Source: Candidatus Altimarinota bacterium (lineage in GTDB: Bacteria > Patescibacteriota > Gracilibacteria > JBDHUY01). Taken from it: a DNA stretch of 64,000 nucleotides. Every line of letters starts with the position of its first letter. Positions within the stretch are counted from its first letter, which is position 1. The stretch is taken from positions 96,001 to 160,000 of the forward strand of contig JBDHUY010000002.1 of the NCBI GenBank assembly GCA_039809385.1, in the 5' to 3' direction. The notes below the pieces were generated by a model, which was not told the origin of the DNA, ran no database searches, and worked only from the letters and a program-made list of their open reading frames with translations. The position numbers and the translations under genes are program-made. This document shows positions 20,001-28,046 of the stretch, piece after piece.

Positions 20001-20668
20001 ACTGGCGGGAATGCGAAACCGGGCACTTCTTTGCCTGCCAGGGCAGTACCTACTTTGTCTTCACCCAGTTCTTTTACGACCGTATCGAGGTCTTCCGGTT
20101 TGATGTGATTGAGAACCTCGGCATCGACTCCGACTTTCCCCAACACACCGGCCAATTCGGTTTTACTCGCTTCAAACGATGTTTTGAAACCATCGCTTTT
20201 GATAATTTCTGAACCGGTTTCTTTCAAATCCGCAACGGAGGTGGGTACGGCATCCAGTGTACCGGTGAGTTTTCCCACCCGCTCGGCTGCCGCTTCGACG
20301 CCTAATACTCCCATGGTCGAGCCCAAGATCCATTTCCCCAGATCGTCGGCATAATCCCCAAATATATCGGTAAATCCCAAATATTCGGCCTGGACATATT
20401 CCCATAACAGATTGGTCTTAGCTTCTTTATCAGCTTTGTTTGAAGACATAATGACGCCTGCTGTTTCCATAAACGTCAACTTCAGCGAATCGGCTTTCTG
20501 TTTGACGAGTTCGCCTAGCGTCATGGAGGCTTCGGAGCCGTTTTGAAGTTTCTCGTATTCTTCCTGAACTTTGACCGGATCCAGTACGTTTTTGGCTTCG
20601 ACCAGTTTTTCAGTTTTTTCTTTGAAAGATTTTCCTTTTTCGACGATGGAAGTAATGGGGTTGGACAT
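17093..20668 (-). CDS. Large multi-hydrophobic-segment protein with a pre-toxin TG-like segment near the C-terminus
   Basis: 1191 aa, no signal peptide, several Gly/Ala-rich hydrophobic helices; LDVMSPFGVSDWYTVITGQEIVTGKQVEGWSRW resembles the PT-TG pattern. Confidence 0.75.
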   Translation of the reverse strand: MSNPITSIVEKGKSFKEKTEKLVEAKNVLDPVKVQEEYEKLQNGSEASMTLGELVKQKADSLKLTFMETAGVIMSSNKADKEAKTNLLWEYVQAEYLGFTDIFGDYADDLGKWILGSTMGVLGVEAAAERVGKLTGTLDAVPTSVADLKETGSEIIKSDGFKTSFEASKTELAGVLGKVGVDAEVLNHIKPEDLDTVVKELGEDKVGTALAGKEVPGFAFPPVLKGIVNTAGIAGGGVMLYMIGKKLLDAPFLAASLGKKAVGVAGKGVKYTAVAFGVYCGLKILGITVPVADDFFPKELQETLKVINGQEFLTGIGKEITTLLQDGTLVEALNGFLQNSKSYLVDKTGKFYEDIKQIPLLGSMVPTREDIESLNVVTLLMHMLKEGFTSQEVTGQVADIAKTGAKAGVLYLLLRKCKTESFLFGLGIFSLYCLYQDGKIKKEEIPQDILSTEFVSLFVFKSLDPYIQMGKDMWSDVKNVIGDKPGFKKLSEKYPYGPGSIAEHPFEFSADLIEACEEDGLYIAIQGGTVVLFDGVKALYLTTWSALTNTISDVLQLRTDGQEYGYTALAGVAVANTAPFIMYYSLKDGSKALRAGESLPKALVKGVGKGLIFPIEFVKGNIRMAERAYRVPQDSYAWMQAKFSNPKVRLQGYEDLAQHYRNQYEKFNARWKDLEAETTKAGKLKNYATSAYSLDDLKLLKMKYAKNFISARTRSLQEAYKLSPSPALEQELAKYKNWAKTNINDVLKDQEFAKALNDDSFKATNVLQSNLPGSQVLSDTEKRLVQNHMERLKTDPDLLDKAKAHTGNPNITQAEITDDMLREMSDQELRASGRLGRDYQTMKTSLSSTLHDTDAFERLPMQERINALKNASQEADIFLEKALLERTRIVSNGATLDQIKIFEKEVSDELKSIRNRMNSSVTSLNRSVSGMTADEKKLFQQVLSEDLAKGKGVKALMREMKGRGKMALVLGAATVAFDLYNINKESKEDKVVKELGSIIQEVGLDVLQVILDVMSPFGVSDWYTVITGQEIVTGKQVEGWSRWSRVAFGTYSLATDTLSTFFGVATSPAAGAGGVAGYAAFNLGETLVRAGVKSEKIIRAAEGVFPRIVSLAKDIGGFAKIKDYLAKAQKISGMAVTGTIAVDALALAKTGVEYFFDTKDQPAHELDPSLQIQADPELPTPLPAAPAPPVQ

Positions 20669-20720
20669 GGGAAAAGGAGAATTACAAATTATTAATTATG
20701 GAATTATTAATGATTTTCAA

Positions 20721-20920
20721 GTTCAAATGACAAAGCTCAAATTTCAAAATAAACCCGAAATCCAAATATACAATGGTACATGAAGATCGAATACTGAAAC
20801 ATGTGCGATAGAAACTTATGGAAATTTGTAGAAATTTATAGAGATTCATTGTTTTCGTTTCAACTTTTGACATTTGAGCTTTGAAATTATTTTGTCATTT
20901 GGATTTTGAACTTTGACATT
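20721..20920. repeat. Inverted heptamer-repeat element (CAAAGCT/CAAATT... vs TTTGACA/TTTGAGC...)
   Basis: Left arm CAAATGACAAAGCTCAAATTTCAAA; right arm TTTGACATTTGAGCTTTGAAATT...TGTCATTTG. Related copies at ~53517-53750 and ~63400-63550. Confidence 0.65.
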
Positions 20921-20930
20921 CTTGTCTATG

Positions 20931-21248
20931 TTATCTTCCCCCGGCTACTTGCTTGAACTTTTCCATCATCTCCTGTTCGACGACTTTTTGACGGATCAGT
21001 TCTCCCAAAGTTCGCAGGTTTTCGCGAATCAGCGTATCTTTCAGATCAAGCAGAATGTCATATCCCAGTATAGGTAAAGGTTTCACATAGAGCTCTTTTT
21101 TAGATTCGGAGAGGAAGAGCGAATGCCGGATGATTTTTTCCAAAAACTCGCGCATCTCTTCTTTTTTCTTCCGGTCGGTGGTGTCGTACTTTACCGCCTC
21201 GGAGAGCACGGAAATGGTTTGGCGGATGGTTCCTTTGGCGATAGACAT
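20931..21248 (-). CDS. Small helical protein, paralog of 16853-17074
   Basis: 105-aa ORF; FLEKIIRHSLFLSESKKELYVKPLPILGYDILLDLKDTLIRE. Confidence 0.7.
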   Translation of the reverse strand: MSIAKGTIRQTISVLSEAVKYDTTDRKKKEEMREFLEKIIRHSLFLSESKKELYVKPLPILGYDILLDLKDTLIRENLRTLGELIRQKVVEQEMMEKFKQVAGGR

Positions 21249-21313
21249 GGGGAAGAAGTTAGTATTTAGTATGGGGTATTATGTATTAGGTATAGGGCAG
21301 GCCAGACTAGGTT

Positions 21314-21595
21314 GTCATGCCGGCTTGTGCGTGACTTGCTGCAATTGGTCATCCTGGCTTGTCCAGGATCCGGGTAGGGGTTGGACAAGCGTGAATGGGA
21401 ATAGTGTTCGCTGTATTGCCTTGTTAGGATGCGTACTTTTTAGATACCGCTTATGAGAAGATATATCTGAACTGTAGAACGAGGCTGGGACCATTGAGAA
21501 AAGGTATAATGTGCCAATAAAGCTTTCTATCAAGCTACGAGAGTCTAAGGATTCCCCACGCCACGAGGGCGGGGCAGGCGGGCAGGCCAGAATAA
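21314..21595. repeat. GTCAT-family REP pair (REPIN-like), right copy interrupted
   Basis: GTCATCCTGGCTTGTCCAGGATCC at 21348-21371; inverted partner GGATTCC[GC-rich insert]GGGCAGGCCAGAATAA at ~21549-21595; partial copy at 21314. Confidence 0.6.
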
Positions 21596-21620
21596 TAGAT
21601 ACTGTGCTTTACTAACGCTC

Positions 21621-24098
21621 TTAAACCTTCACGAATGCAGCATTTTCTCCTTCGATGGTAATCTGTGATTCTCCCTTAGACATCTTTGTCAAATTGGAGT
21701 CAAAGACTTCTTTTTTTATCTGTGGTTTTTTATCAATCTTTTGATCACCGAAAAGCGGAACACTCACATTTCCCTGAACATGCAGCATGAGTGATCCGTC
21801 ATTCTGAAAAGTTATTTCGGTAATACTTAGGGCACTGCCCAAAGCCTGTAATTGATACGTATTGTTATTCATCGTTAATTTCGAATCACTAAAATTGAAA
21901 ATTCCGACCCGTGACGTCCCCTCAAGAGATACCGCAAATTTTATAGTCCCCGAATTAAACGTCTTTCCTTTCAAACTGTCGAGAGTAACAGCATCCGATA
22001 ACGCCTTGATCTGTTCTCGTTCGCCTGCCGTAGCTTCGTGGTAAATCCAGGAGTTACCGGTTTTTTCGGCGACAAAATAATTCTCGGCAGGTTTTTTGCG
22101 GTGGGCTATAAAGCGGTTCTCGTCCCATTTGCGGTGATCCCATTCGTCATTCATGACCGTCCATTCGTTTTTATCGTATCCGGGTGGAAACTCGCTCGGG
22201 TTCGTTTTTATTTGTAAGTGGGCCAAAATTTCGGTTTCGACTTTGGCGGCATCGAGTTTTTCGACCGGTTTCTCCTTGCTTTCAAGACGGAAGTAATCAG
22301 TAGTGGTGCCGGTAACGCGCCTGGCGTACAACATATTGTTGTGAAAAGAATATTGATACGGTTTGTTGGCGACATTCATCCAGGCAGCATGTTGCTGGGA
22401 CTCCCGGGTCTTCAGGTCGGTAAGTTCATCATTACTGAGAAACGCTTCTTTCTGCAACAGATCGTTTTGCAGCTTTTCGACAGTAAAGTCATTGAGCGAG
22501 GCATACGATATCGCATCGCCTTCTTTTTTGGCAGCCAGCGAGGTGGATTGCACGGTCAGCGGATTTAGTTCCTGGATATTCAAACTTCTGTCGGTTGCAT
22601 CGCTTTTGATCCAAACTTTAAATTGACGCTCTCCCAGCCGAAACAAGAGATTGAAGTATCCGTTTTCCTCGCGAATATTGTTCGCTACGTCTTTATAATT
22701 GAGATGGCCCTGGAGTTTGGCGGCAACGTCTTCGAACAAAAATTCATAGACTTTCTTTTGGGCATCGTTGAGCTTCTCGGCCTCTATCGCCTTACCGGGC
22801 AATTTATCGGCATCCGGCAAGGTTGCATCGAACTTATCGTCCCCCGGGTCGGCTCCGCCGGTCTCTTTATCCAGTCCGAACATTTTAAAAATGCTTTTGA
22901 ACATGGCGCCGATGAACGGGAGTTCTACCAGCGTTTTACGCAAGTCAGCCGGAATCATATTGTTTAACCACGATTTTCCCACGGCAAACACATTTTTTAT
23001 ATCACCGATAAACCCGCGAATCTTGCCCTTGAAATCAGTATTCTCGACCACCTGGTTTTCGCTTTTATCTCCTTCACGCGTCGTTTTTATGACGGGATTG
23101 GGTATGTCAGTGTTGGTTTTGGCTAAAAAAGCATCCAGGCTTTTTCGATCGCGATCATCCTGGACCGTTTTGTCGAGGCGATAGTAATGCGTCGCTTCTT
23201 CACCGTGTTCGTCGTGAACCATGCCGAATACATGGCGCAATTCATGCTGGAGCGTTCTGGCAATATTCTTCGAATCTTGGTTGATATAAATACGACTCGT
23301 TCCATTTTTTTCGGTAACCGTCATGCCGTCAAAGGCTTCTTGTTCTCCATTTTTGAAAAGGTTTTTACCTTGAGGATCGTTTCGGTCTGGCGGCGCCATA
23401 AAAACTGTAACCCGGGCATTCTCGTTTGCTTCGGGCTGCATGATAGCTTCAAAGCGATGTTCTCCCCGCTTTGTTTGTCCGAAAGAAAAAGTCGAAATAT
23501 CCGGGTCTGTGAGCAAGGATTGTAAGCTTTGAGCCGAAGGATCTAACTGGTATTGAACTCCATACACAAATTGCAAGGTAGCATCGTTCCGCTGTCGTAC
23601 GTCAAAAGTATCAAACTGAATGATTTCTTTGGAAACTCCTCGTACACCGAGTGCATAATAACGCCCCTGAGAATCGATACCGTCGATAATCGGTAAGTTA
23701 TTGCGCAAAAAAGCCAGATCCTGGGAAGTCAGATCCAGCTGGAAGGTATTTTTAAACAGCGCGATCAGACTGGTATCGATGATTTGTTGACGTTCTTGCG
23801 GCGACTGAATGCCTTTCAACTTTTCACGCAATTCGGTTTTATACAAAGATTCGATTTCGAGTTTCTGCTGATTGACAAGTTCCTGTTCGACTTGATCTCG
23901 GGATGCCTGTAAGGTAATCGATTGTTTGAGACTTTGAAGTTCGTTTTTCTCAAGGGTAATAACCTGCGCTTTTTCCTGTTCTTTCAAGTCGGTCACTTCT
24001 TGGCGAAAACGCTGATAAATCTCCTTCAAGGCTTGCTTGGGAGCTGTCGTTTGGGCGACCACTTCAGATAATGACTGGGTTTCGGGTTGGGGGGACAT
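21621..24098 (-). CDS. Large protein with a metzincin-type zinc metallopeptidase motif
   Basis: 825 aa; HELRHVFGMVH = HExxHxxGxxH at ~23211-23246; N-terminal coiled coil; no signal peptide. Confidence 0.75.
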   Translation of the reverse strand: MSPQPETQSLSEVVAQTTAPKQALKEIYQRFRQEVTDLKEQEKAQVITLEKNELQSLKQSITLQASRDQVEQELVNQQKLEIESLYKTELREKLKGIQSPQERQQIIDTSLIALFKNTFQLDLTSQDLAFLRNNLPIIDGIDSQGRYYALGVRGVSKEIIQFDTFDVRQRNDATLQFVYGVQYQLDPSAQSLQSLLTDPDISTFSFGQTKRGEHRFEAIMQPEANENARVTVFMAPPDRNDPQGKNLFKNGEQEAFDGMTVTEKNGTSRIYINQDSKNIARTLQHELRHVFGMVHDEHGEEATHYYRLDKTVQDDRDRKSLDAFLAKTNTDIPNPVIKTTREGDKSENQVVENTDFKGKIRGFIGDIKNVFAVGKSWLNNMIPADLRKTLVELPFIGAMFKSIFKMFGLDKETGGADPGDDKFDATLPDADKLPGKAIEAEKLNDAQKKVYEFLFEDVAAKLQGHLNYKDVANNIREENGYFNLLFRLGERQFKVWIKSDATDRSLNIQELNPLTVQSTSLAAKKEGDAISYASLNDFTVEKLQNDLLQKEAFLSNDELTDLKTRESQQHAAWMNVANKPYQYSFHNNMLYARRVTGTTTDYFRLESKEKPVEKLDAAKVETEILAHLQIKTNPSEFPPGYDKNEWTVMNDEWDHRKWDENRFIAHRKKPAENYFVAEKTGNSWIYHEATAGEREQIKALSDAVTLDSLKGKTFNSGTIKFAVSLEGTSRVGIFNFSDSKLTMNNNTYQLQALGSALSITEITFQNDGSLMLHVQGNVSVPLFGDQKIDKKPQIKKEVFDSNLTKMSKGESQITIEGENAAFVKV

Positions 24099-24122
24099 GA
24101 TTCGTAAAAGAAAGTTTAACGA

Positions 24123-24995
24123 TTATGCAGCGATTTGATCGGATTTCGCATCAATACGGGTCACATAATTTCGAGTTTCTTCCCGTAAATGAGGATGAAG
24201 CTGGGCATAGGTTTGGGGACGATAGGTACGGATCTTTGCAGCGACTCCATTATGCCCATTGTTATAGCCTGCCAGAGCAAACTTCCAGCGTTCGTCTTCG
24301 GAAGGGGTAATGCCGACAATGCGCAAAGCATTATCGGTCGTATCTTTGACGATCTCTTTCAAATAAAACATGCCCAGCGCAATATTCAATTCGGGATTTG
24401 TGTGCAGAGGATTGCGGGATCTATCACCGGAAAAAAAATCCTGAGGATTGACCGTACCAAACTTTGCTCTCAAATCAGCTGGAAGTTTGGAAAAACATTC
24501 TTTGGCGGTTGCCGGAAGTAACTGACACAGCCCACGGGCATTGGAGCTGCTTACCGCATCGGTGCGAAAGCGGGATTCCTGCCATGCCAACGCCACTGCT
24601 GTTGGAAGAGGAATCCCGAATCTACCGGCGTATTCTTTAAACCACGGCGCATATTTCTCGGGAAGCGTTTCGGAACGAACATCATTGAAATCCCGCTTCA
24701 CCTCTTGTTTGACTTGTTTTTTTTGCTCAGGAGAGAGAGTCGTCTCTTTATCCACTGTTCCCAGTAATTCATTCAGGCTGTCTTCGGAAAATAACTTCTC
24801 AAAGTCCAGTTCATCGCCGGAAAGAACTTTGCCTAAAAAAGCCACCATGATACTCAAAACAGCCGCACCAGACGAATCGGATTTATCGACGTCTTCTTTG
24901 AGGTTTTGCAGTTTTCCTTCGATAAACTGCTGGACCGGCTTAAACGGATTCTTATCGCTCGGTTTCAGCGTTTCTGCGGGATTTTCGACCGACAT
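24123..24995 (-). CDS. Lytic transglycosylase (SLT domain) with N-terminal extension
   Basis: AWQESRF (catalytic Glu), ARGLCQLLPATA, NIALGMFYL, ALAGYNNG, ETRNYV. Start at MSVENP. Confidence 0.9.
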   Translation of the reverse strand: MSVENPAETLKPSDKNPFKPVQQFIEGKLQNLKEDVDKSDSSGAAVLSIMVAFLGKVLSGDELDFEKLFSEDSLNELLGTVDKETTLSPEQKKQVKQEVKRDFNDVRSETLPEKYAPWFKEYAGRFGIPLPTAVALAWQESRFRTDAVSSSNARGLCQLLPATAKECFSKLPADLRAKFGTVNPQDFFSGDRSRNPLHTNPELNIALGMFYLKEIVKDTTDNALRIVGITPSEDERWKFALAGYNNGHNGVAAKIRTYRPQTYAQLHPHLREETRNYVTRIDAKSDQIAA

Positions 24996-25152
24996 GATTT
25001 TTTGTTTTATAAAGATAGCTTTTATTCTTTTCATTATACCAAAAAAAGGGCTTGAGTAAAAGCGGTTTTCGAGGAAGATAAAAAGGTGCGTTTTCACACG
25101 AAGCAAAGTGGCAATAGGTCTTAGAACGATATGGTTGTCTGTCACGTTTGCA

Positions 25153-25290
25153 GTTCTGGCTTGTCCAGAATCCGGAAATGCGTAGGTCATATCAAACCCC
25201 CTTAGTGACGCATACTTCCAAATACAATGAACACCGCACTCGTTCACCACTGCCAAAACCGTAACCGGATTCCGGGCAAGCCGGAATGAC
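25153..25290. repeat. GTCAT-family REP inverted pair
   Basis: GTTCTGGCTTGTCCAGAATCC (25153-25173) and GGATTCCGGGCAAGCCGGAATGAC (25267-25290). Confidence 0.7.
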
Positions 25291-25470
25291 GCGAGACAAA
25301 GTTAATTTAACCTTCTCCTCCGACCTCCTAGCCCTCAGTTCAGTGCATGCTTATCAGGGGGAACAAAGCATATATACCGGAGGGCAAGTCTTTGAATTCT
25401 CTGCATTCTGAACTTTCGACTAAGGACTAGGTACTTTGTGCTCTTGCCTTTAGATGACCGTTCTTTTCCC

Positions 25471-25496
25471 GGGCAGACACGTGGGTCTACCCCAAC
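25471..25496. repeat. REP palindrome GGGCAGACACGTGGGTCTACCCCAAC
   Basis: One mismatch to the copy at 40525-40550. Confidence 0.75.
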
Positions 25497-25546
25497 AGGG
25501 TCTGCGGCTACGGTTTTCCCCAATTCATCATTCATAATTCTGCCTC

Positions 25547-26839
25547 CTATCCCCGGTAGGGCGCCGGCTTCGCGATCCAGGTCACTGGACACGGTTTTTT
25601 ATCGCCGACTTGCTCATGTGAAAGGTTGTATGTTTTGATATTACCAACCTTATTGGCTCCGGGACAACTGGCGATACTGGCCAGACCGGTCGATTCATCC
25701 TCCCAGCCCAGAAAAATGCCGCTGTGATTACCCTTGGCATCAGAACTGTTCTGATTGTTGAGAAAGATCCAGTCGCCGGGTTGCAGCCGACCTCCCCGCA
25801 AATCTTGTACCGAAGGACAGTGATCGCGCGGACAGCCATACCTTCCCGAATAGCCCAGATTACGAAAGACCTCACGATGGGTGAAGCCGGCCGCCTTATA
25901 CACTTTATCAGCCCAATCCCAGCAGTGAGCGCCTCGGAAATTCTCTTTACCCGCCAGACTTTTTGCAGCCAACACGATCTTTTGACCATATTCGGAAGTC
26001 GATTCTAAACTTCTGCGTAGTTCTTCATCGGTAAAGAGGTTCGTACTGGCAAGTGCGGTTTCGTTCAAGCCGGAAGCCCGAAGCTCTTCAAGAAATTTAC
26101 GATCGGCTTCGTTTTCGGCATCCTGATCGTAGAGAGTATAATTGAGATTTTTGGACGCATCGCTACTACGAAACTTCTGTTCAAACGATTGATCTACGTT
26201 GCCAAAAGTTACCATATCTCCGGTAAATATCGGAATATACCCTTGTTTATCGTAAAAGCCGCGATTGGTTTGATTTTGCCCCTTGAGACCCAATCTTCTC
26301 TCACTCGTACGGACTTTGGTACGACTTTTAGCTTTCTCTTGAAGACGGTTCAGTTCTTTAGATGAAAGCGTGTTATCTTCGTCTACATCATAGGTATCGG
26401 GCAATGAAACGCTGATCTGTCGGATGGAAGGAGGCAAAAAGTCGGCGGCGCCGATCTCTTTTTCGGCCGTGTAATGGCCCATAAAATCGATTTTTATGCT
26501 CTTTGTGGCGTCAGGATTTTTGTAAAACTCCTGCATTTGTTCAAAACCGTTCTTCTGAGAATTTCCCTTCTGATCTACCAACTCGGCATACAGATAGAGC
26601 AAGGTTCCTTCGTGGCGGTCTTCGAGTCGTATTAGCTGGTCGGCGCTCAAGTTAAGCTCTTTCACGATATCGCGATTGCCTTTTTTAATCTGATCATGAA
26701 GCTTATCTATGACCCCTTCGTCATATTTCTGCACGATTTCTTGTTTGAGGGCAGTCAGAGCTTCGGAGGGGACAACTGTTTCCTTGCTATTCGCCGGTTT
26801 CTTCACTTCGGAAACCGCCGAGGGTGTTTCTGGAGACAT
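25547..26839 (-). CDS. Protein with a C-terminal NlpC/P60 / CHAP-like papain-fold amidase domain
   Basis: KIVLAAKSL...HCWDWADKVY...LQPGDWIFL...GNHSGIFLG gives Cys/His spacing typical of the NlpC/P60 superfamily; ~280-aa unknown N-terminal part; no signal peptide. Confidence 0.75.
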   Translation of the reverse strand: MSPETPSAVSEVKKPANSKETVVPSEALTALKQEIVQKYDEGVIDKLHDQIKKGNRDIVKELNLSADQLIRLEDRHEGTLLYLYAELVDQKGNSQKNGFEQMQEFYKNPDATKSIKIDFMGHYTAEKEIGAADFLPPSIRQISVSLPDTYDVDEDNTLSSKELNRLQEKAKSRTKVRTSERRLGLKGQNQTNRGFYDKQGYIPIFTGDMVTFGNVDQSFEQKFRSSDASKNLNYTLYDQDAENEADRKFLEELRASGLNETALASTNLFTDEELRRSLESTSEYGQKIVLAAKSLAGKENFRGAHCWDWADKVYKAAGFTHREVFRNLGYSGRYGCPRDHCPSVQDLRGGRLQPGDWIFLNNQNSSDAKGNHSGIFLGWEDESTGLASIASCPGANKVGNIKTYNLSHEQVGDKKPCPVTWIAKPAPYRG

Positions 26840-26933
26840 AGGCACGAAATCATAAAACAAAAGATGTCTCCTCAGTATATCACAAAAAGTCGTTCAAGAC
26901 CAACTATGGCAACGATTATGAAAGGCCATTTCT

Positions 26934-27734
26934 TTACGACAGATTCCATATTTTTTCCGCGGGCAATTTTATATTCTCCGGGCTGATGAGGTCCAGATGT
27001 AAATGGATACCGCTCGGGCCATGAACATGTCCCGTATTGCCCATAACTCCTATAGGATCGCCCCGATTGACACTATCTCCAACATTGAGCTTTGCCAAAA
27101 TACTATCTTCGGCCAAGTGTTTATATATAGTCTTATAGCCATTACCATGGTCAATCTCTACCAAATTGACCGGTCCGCCTTTGACTCCGCCTTTTTTCAA
27201 ACGCGTAACCCTACCCGAATGCATGGCAACAATAACAGGAGTTTTATCAGATTTGGTAGAGACAATATCGCAGCCGGCATGTACGTCGGGCCCGGTTTTT
27301 CGATCGCGATGGTCATGATAGGTGCTTGTTACACCAGCCGAAGAAGGAGATTGTCCTTGTACTGGCCATATGAAATTGTGACGTAAAAAATCTTTGATTT
27401 CCGGCGATATCTTGCCATCGCCTACGGCATACCGTTTTACTTCGGTGACGATCGCATCGGGACTGTTTAAAGGTACAGAAGAAGTATCCGGTGGTGATTT
27501 CTTTTCGTCGCCAAATCCAAAAATAGACGCGATTCTGTTAAGAAAAAGAAGGAGCGGATTCTTCGCATTTTCGGGATTGGAACTTCCCTGTTTCAGATTC
27601 TCCACATGTTCTTGTCCGATCAGTGGAGTCAAGATCATAAAGAGCAGTCCGGTAAGAGCATTGTGGGTTGAATTTGTCACCTCTTTGCGTTTTTCCGAAG
27701 TTGTTTCAGGCGTCGGATTATCTTTTTCGGGCAT
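26934..27734 (-). CDS. M23-family metallopeptidase with N-terminal extension
   Basis: WPV...VTSTY, HAGCD (HxxxD), VEIDHGNGYKTIYKHL, IGVMGNTG, HLH. Start at MPEKDNP. Confidence 0.92.
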   Translation of the reverse strand: MPEKDNPTPETTSEKRKEVTNSTHNALTGLLFMILTPLIGQEHVENLKQGSSNPENAKNPLLLFLNRIASIFGFGDEKKSPPDTSSVPLNSPDAIVTEVKRYAVGDGKISPEIKDFLRHNFIWPVQGQSPSSAGVTSTYHDHRDRKTGPDVHAGCDIVSTKSDKTPVIVAMHSGRVTRLKKGGVKGGPVNLVEIDHGNGYKTIYKHLAEDSILAKLNVGDSVNRGDPIGVMGNTGHVHGPSGIHLHLDLISPENIKLPAEKIWNLS

Positions 27735-27916
27735 GGAAAAAAGTAAGTATCGTTTTAGTATAACGGAAAATACTTCTTTTTTGAAGAAGATCGAGGAAAA
27801 ATGGAACATTTCTTACTAACTAAAATACAAGAAACGCTCAGTCGAAATACGGATTCGACAGCCAAAAATACAATCGTGGTGTCATTGAACCCAGTGAACA
27901 TGCCATGAATATCACC

Positions 27917-27940
27917 GGATCCTAGTCAGGCCTGGATGAC
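27917..27940. repeat. Degenerate GTCAT-family REP
   Basis: GGATCCTAGTCAGGCCTGGATGAC resembles 25267-25290. Confidence 0.5.
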
Positions 27941-28046
27941 GGATTATGGTAGTATTTTCCAGCCTCATGAAGTGTAACCATCGTTATCAAATGGTGAAGT
28001 TCTAGTTAAGACCTGCATGATGGTCTCCCTCCCAACTTTTAACTTC

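Noticed and set aside
17093-27734. Prophage reading (tape-measure-like protein plus lysins)
   Set aside because: No terminase, portal, capsid, tail, holin or phage integrase motifs recognised; genes are separated by REP-filled gaps unlike phage late operons.
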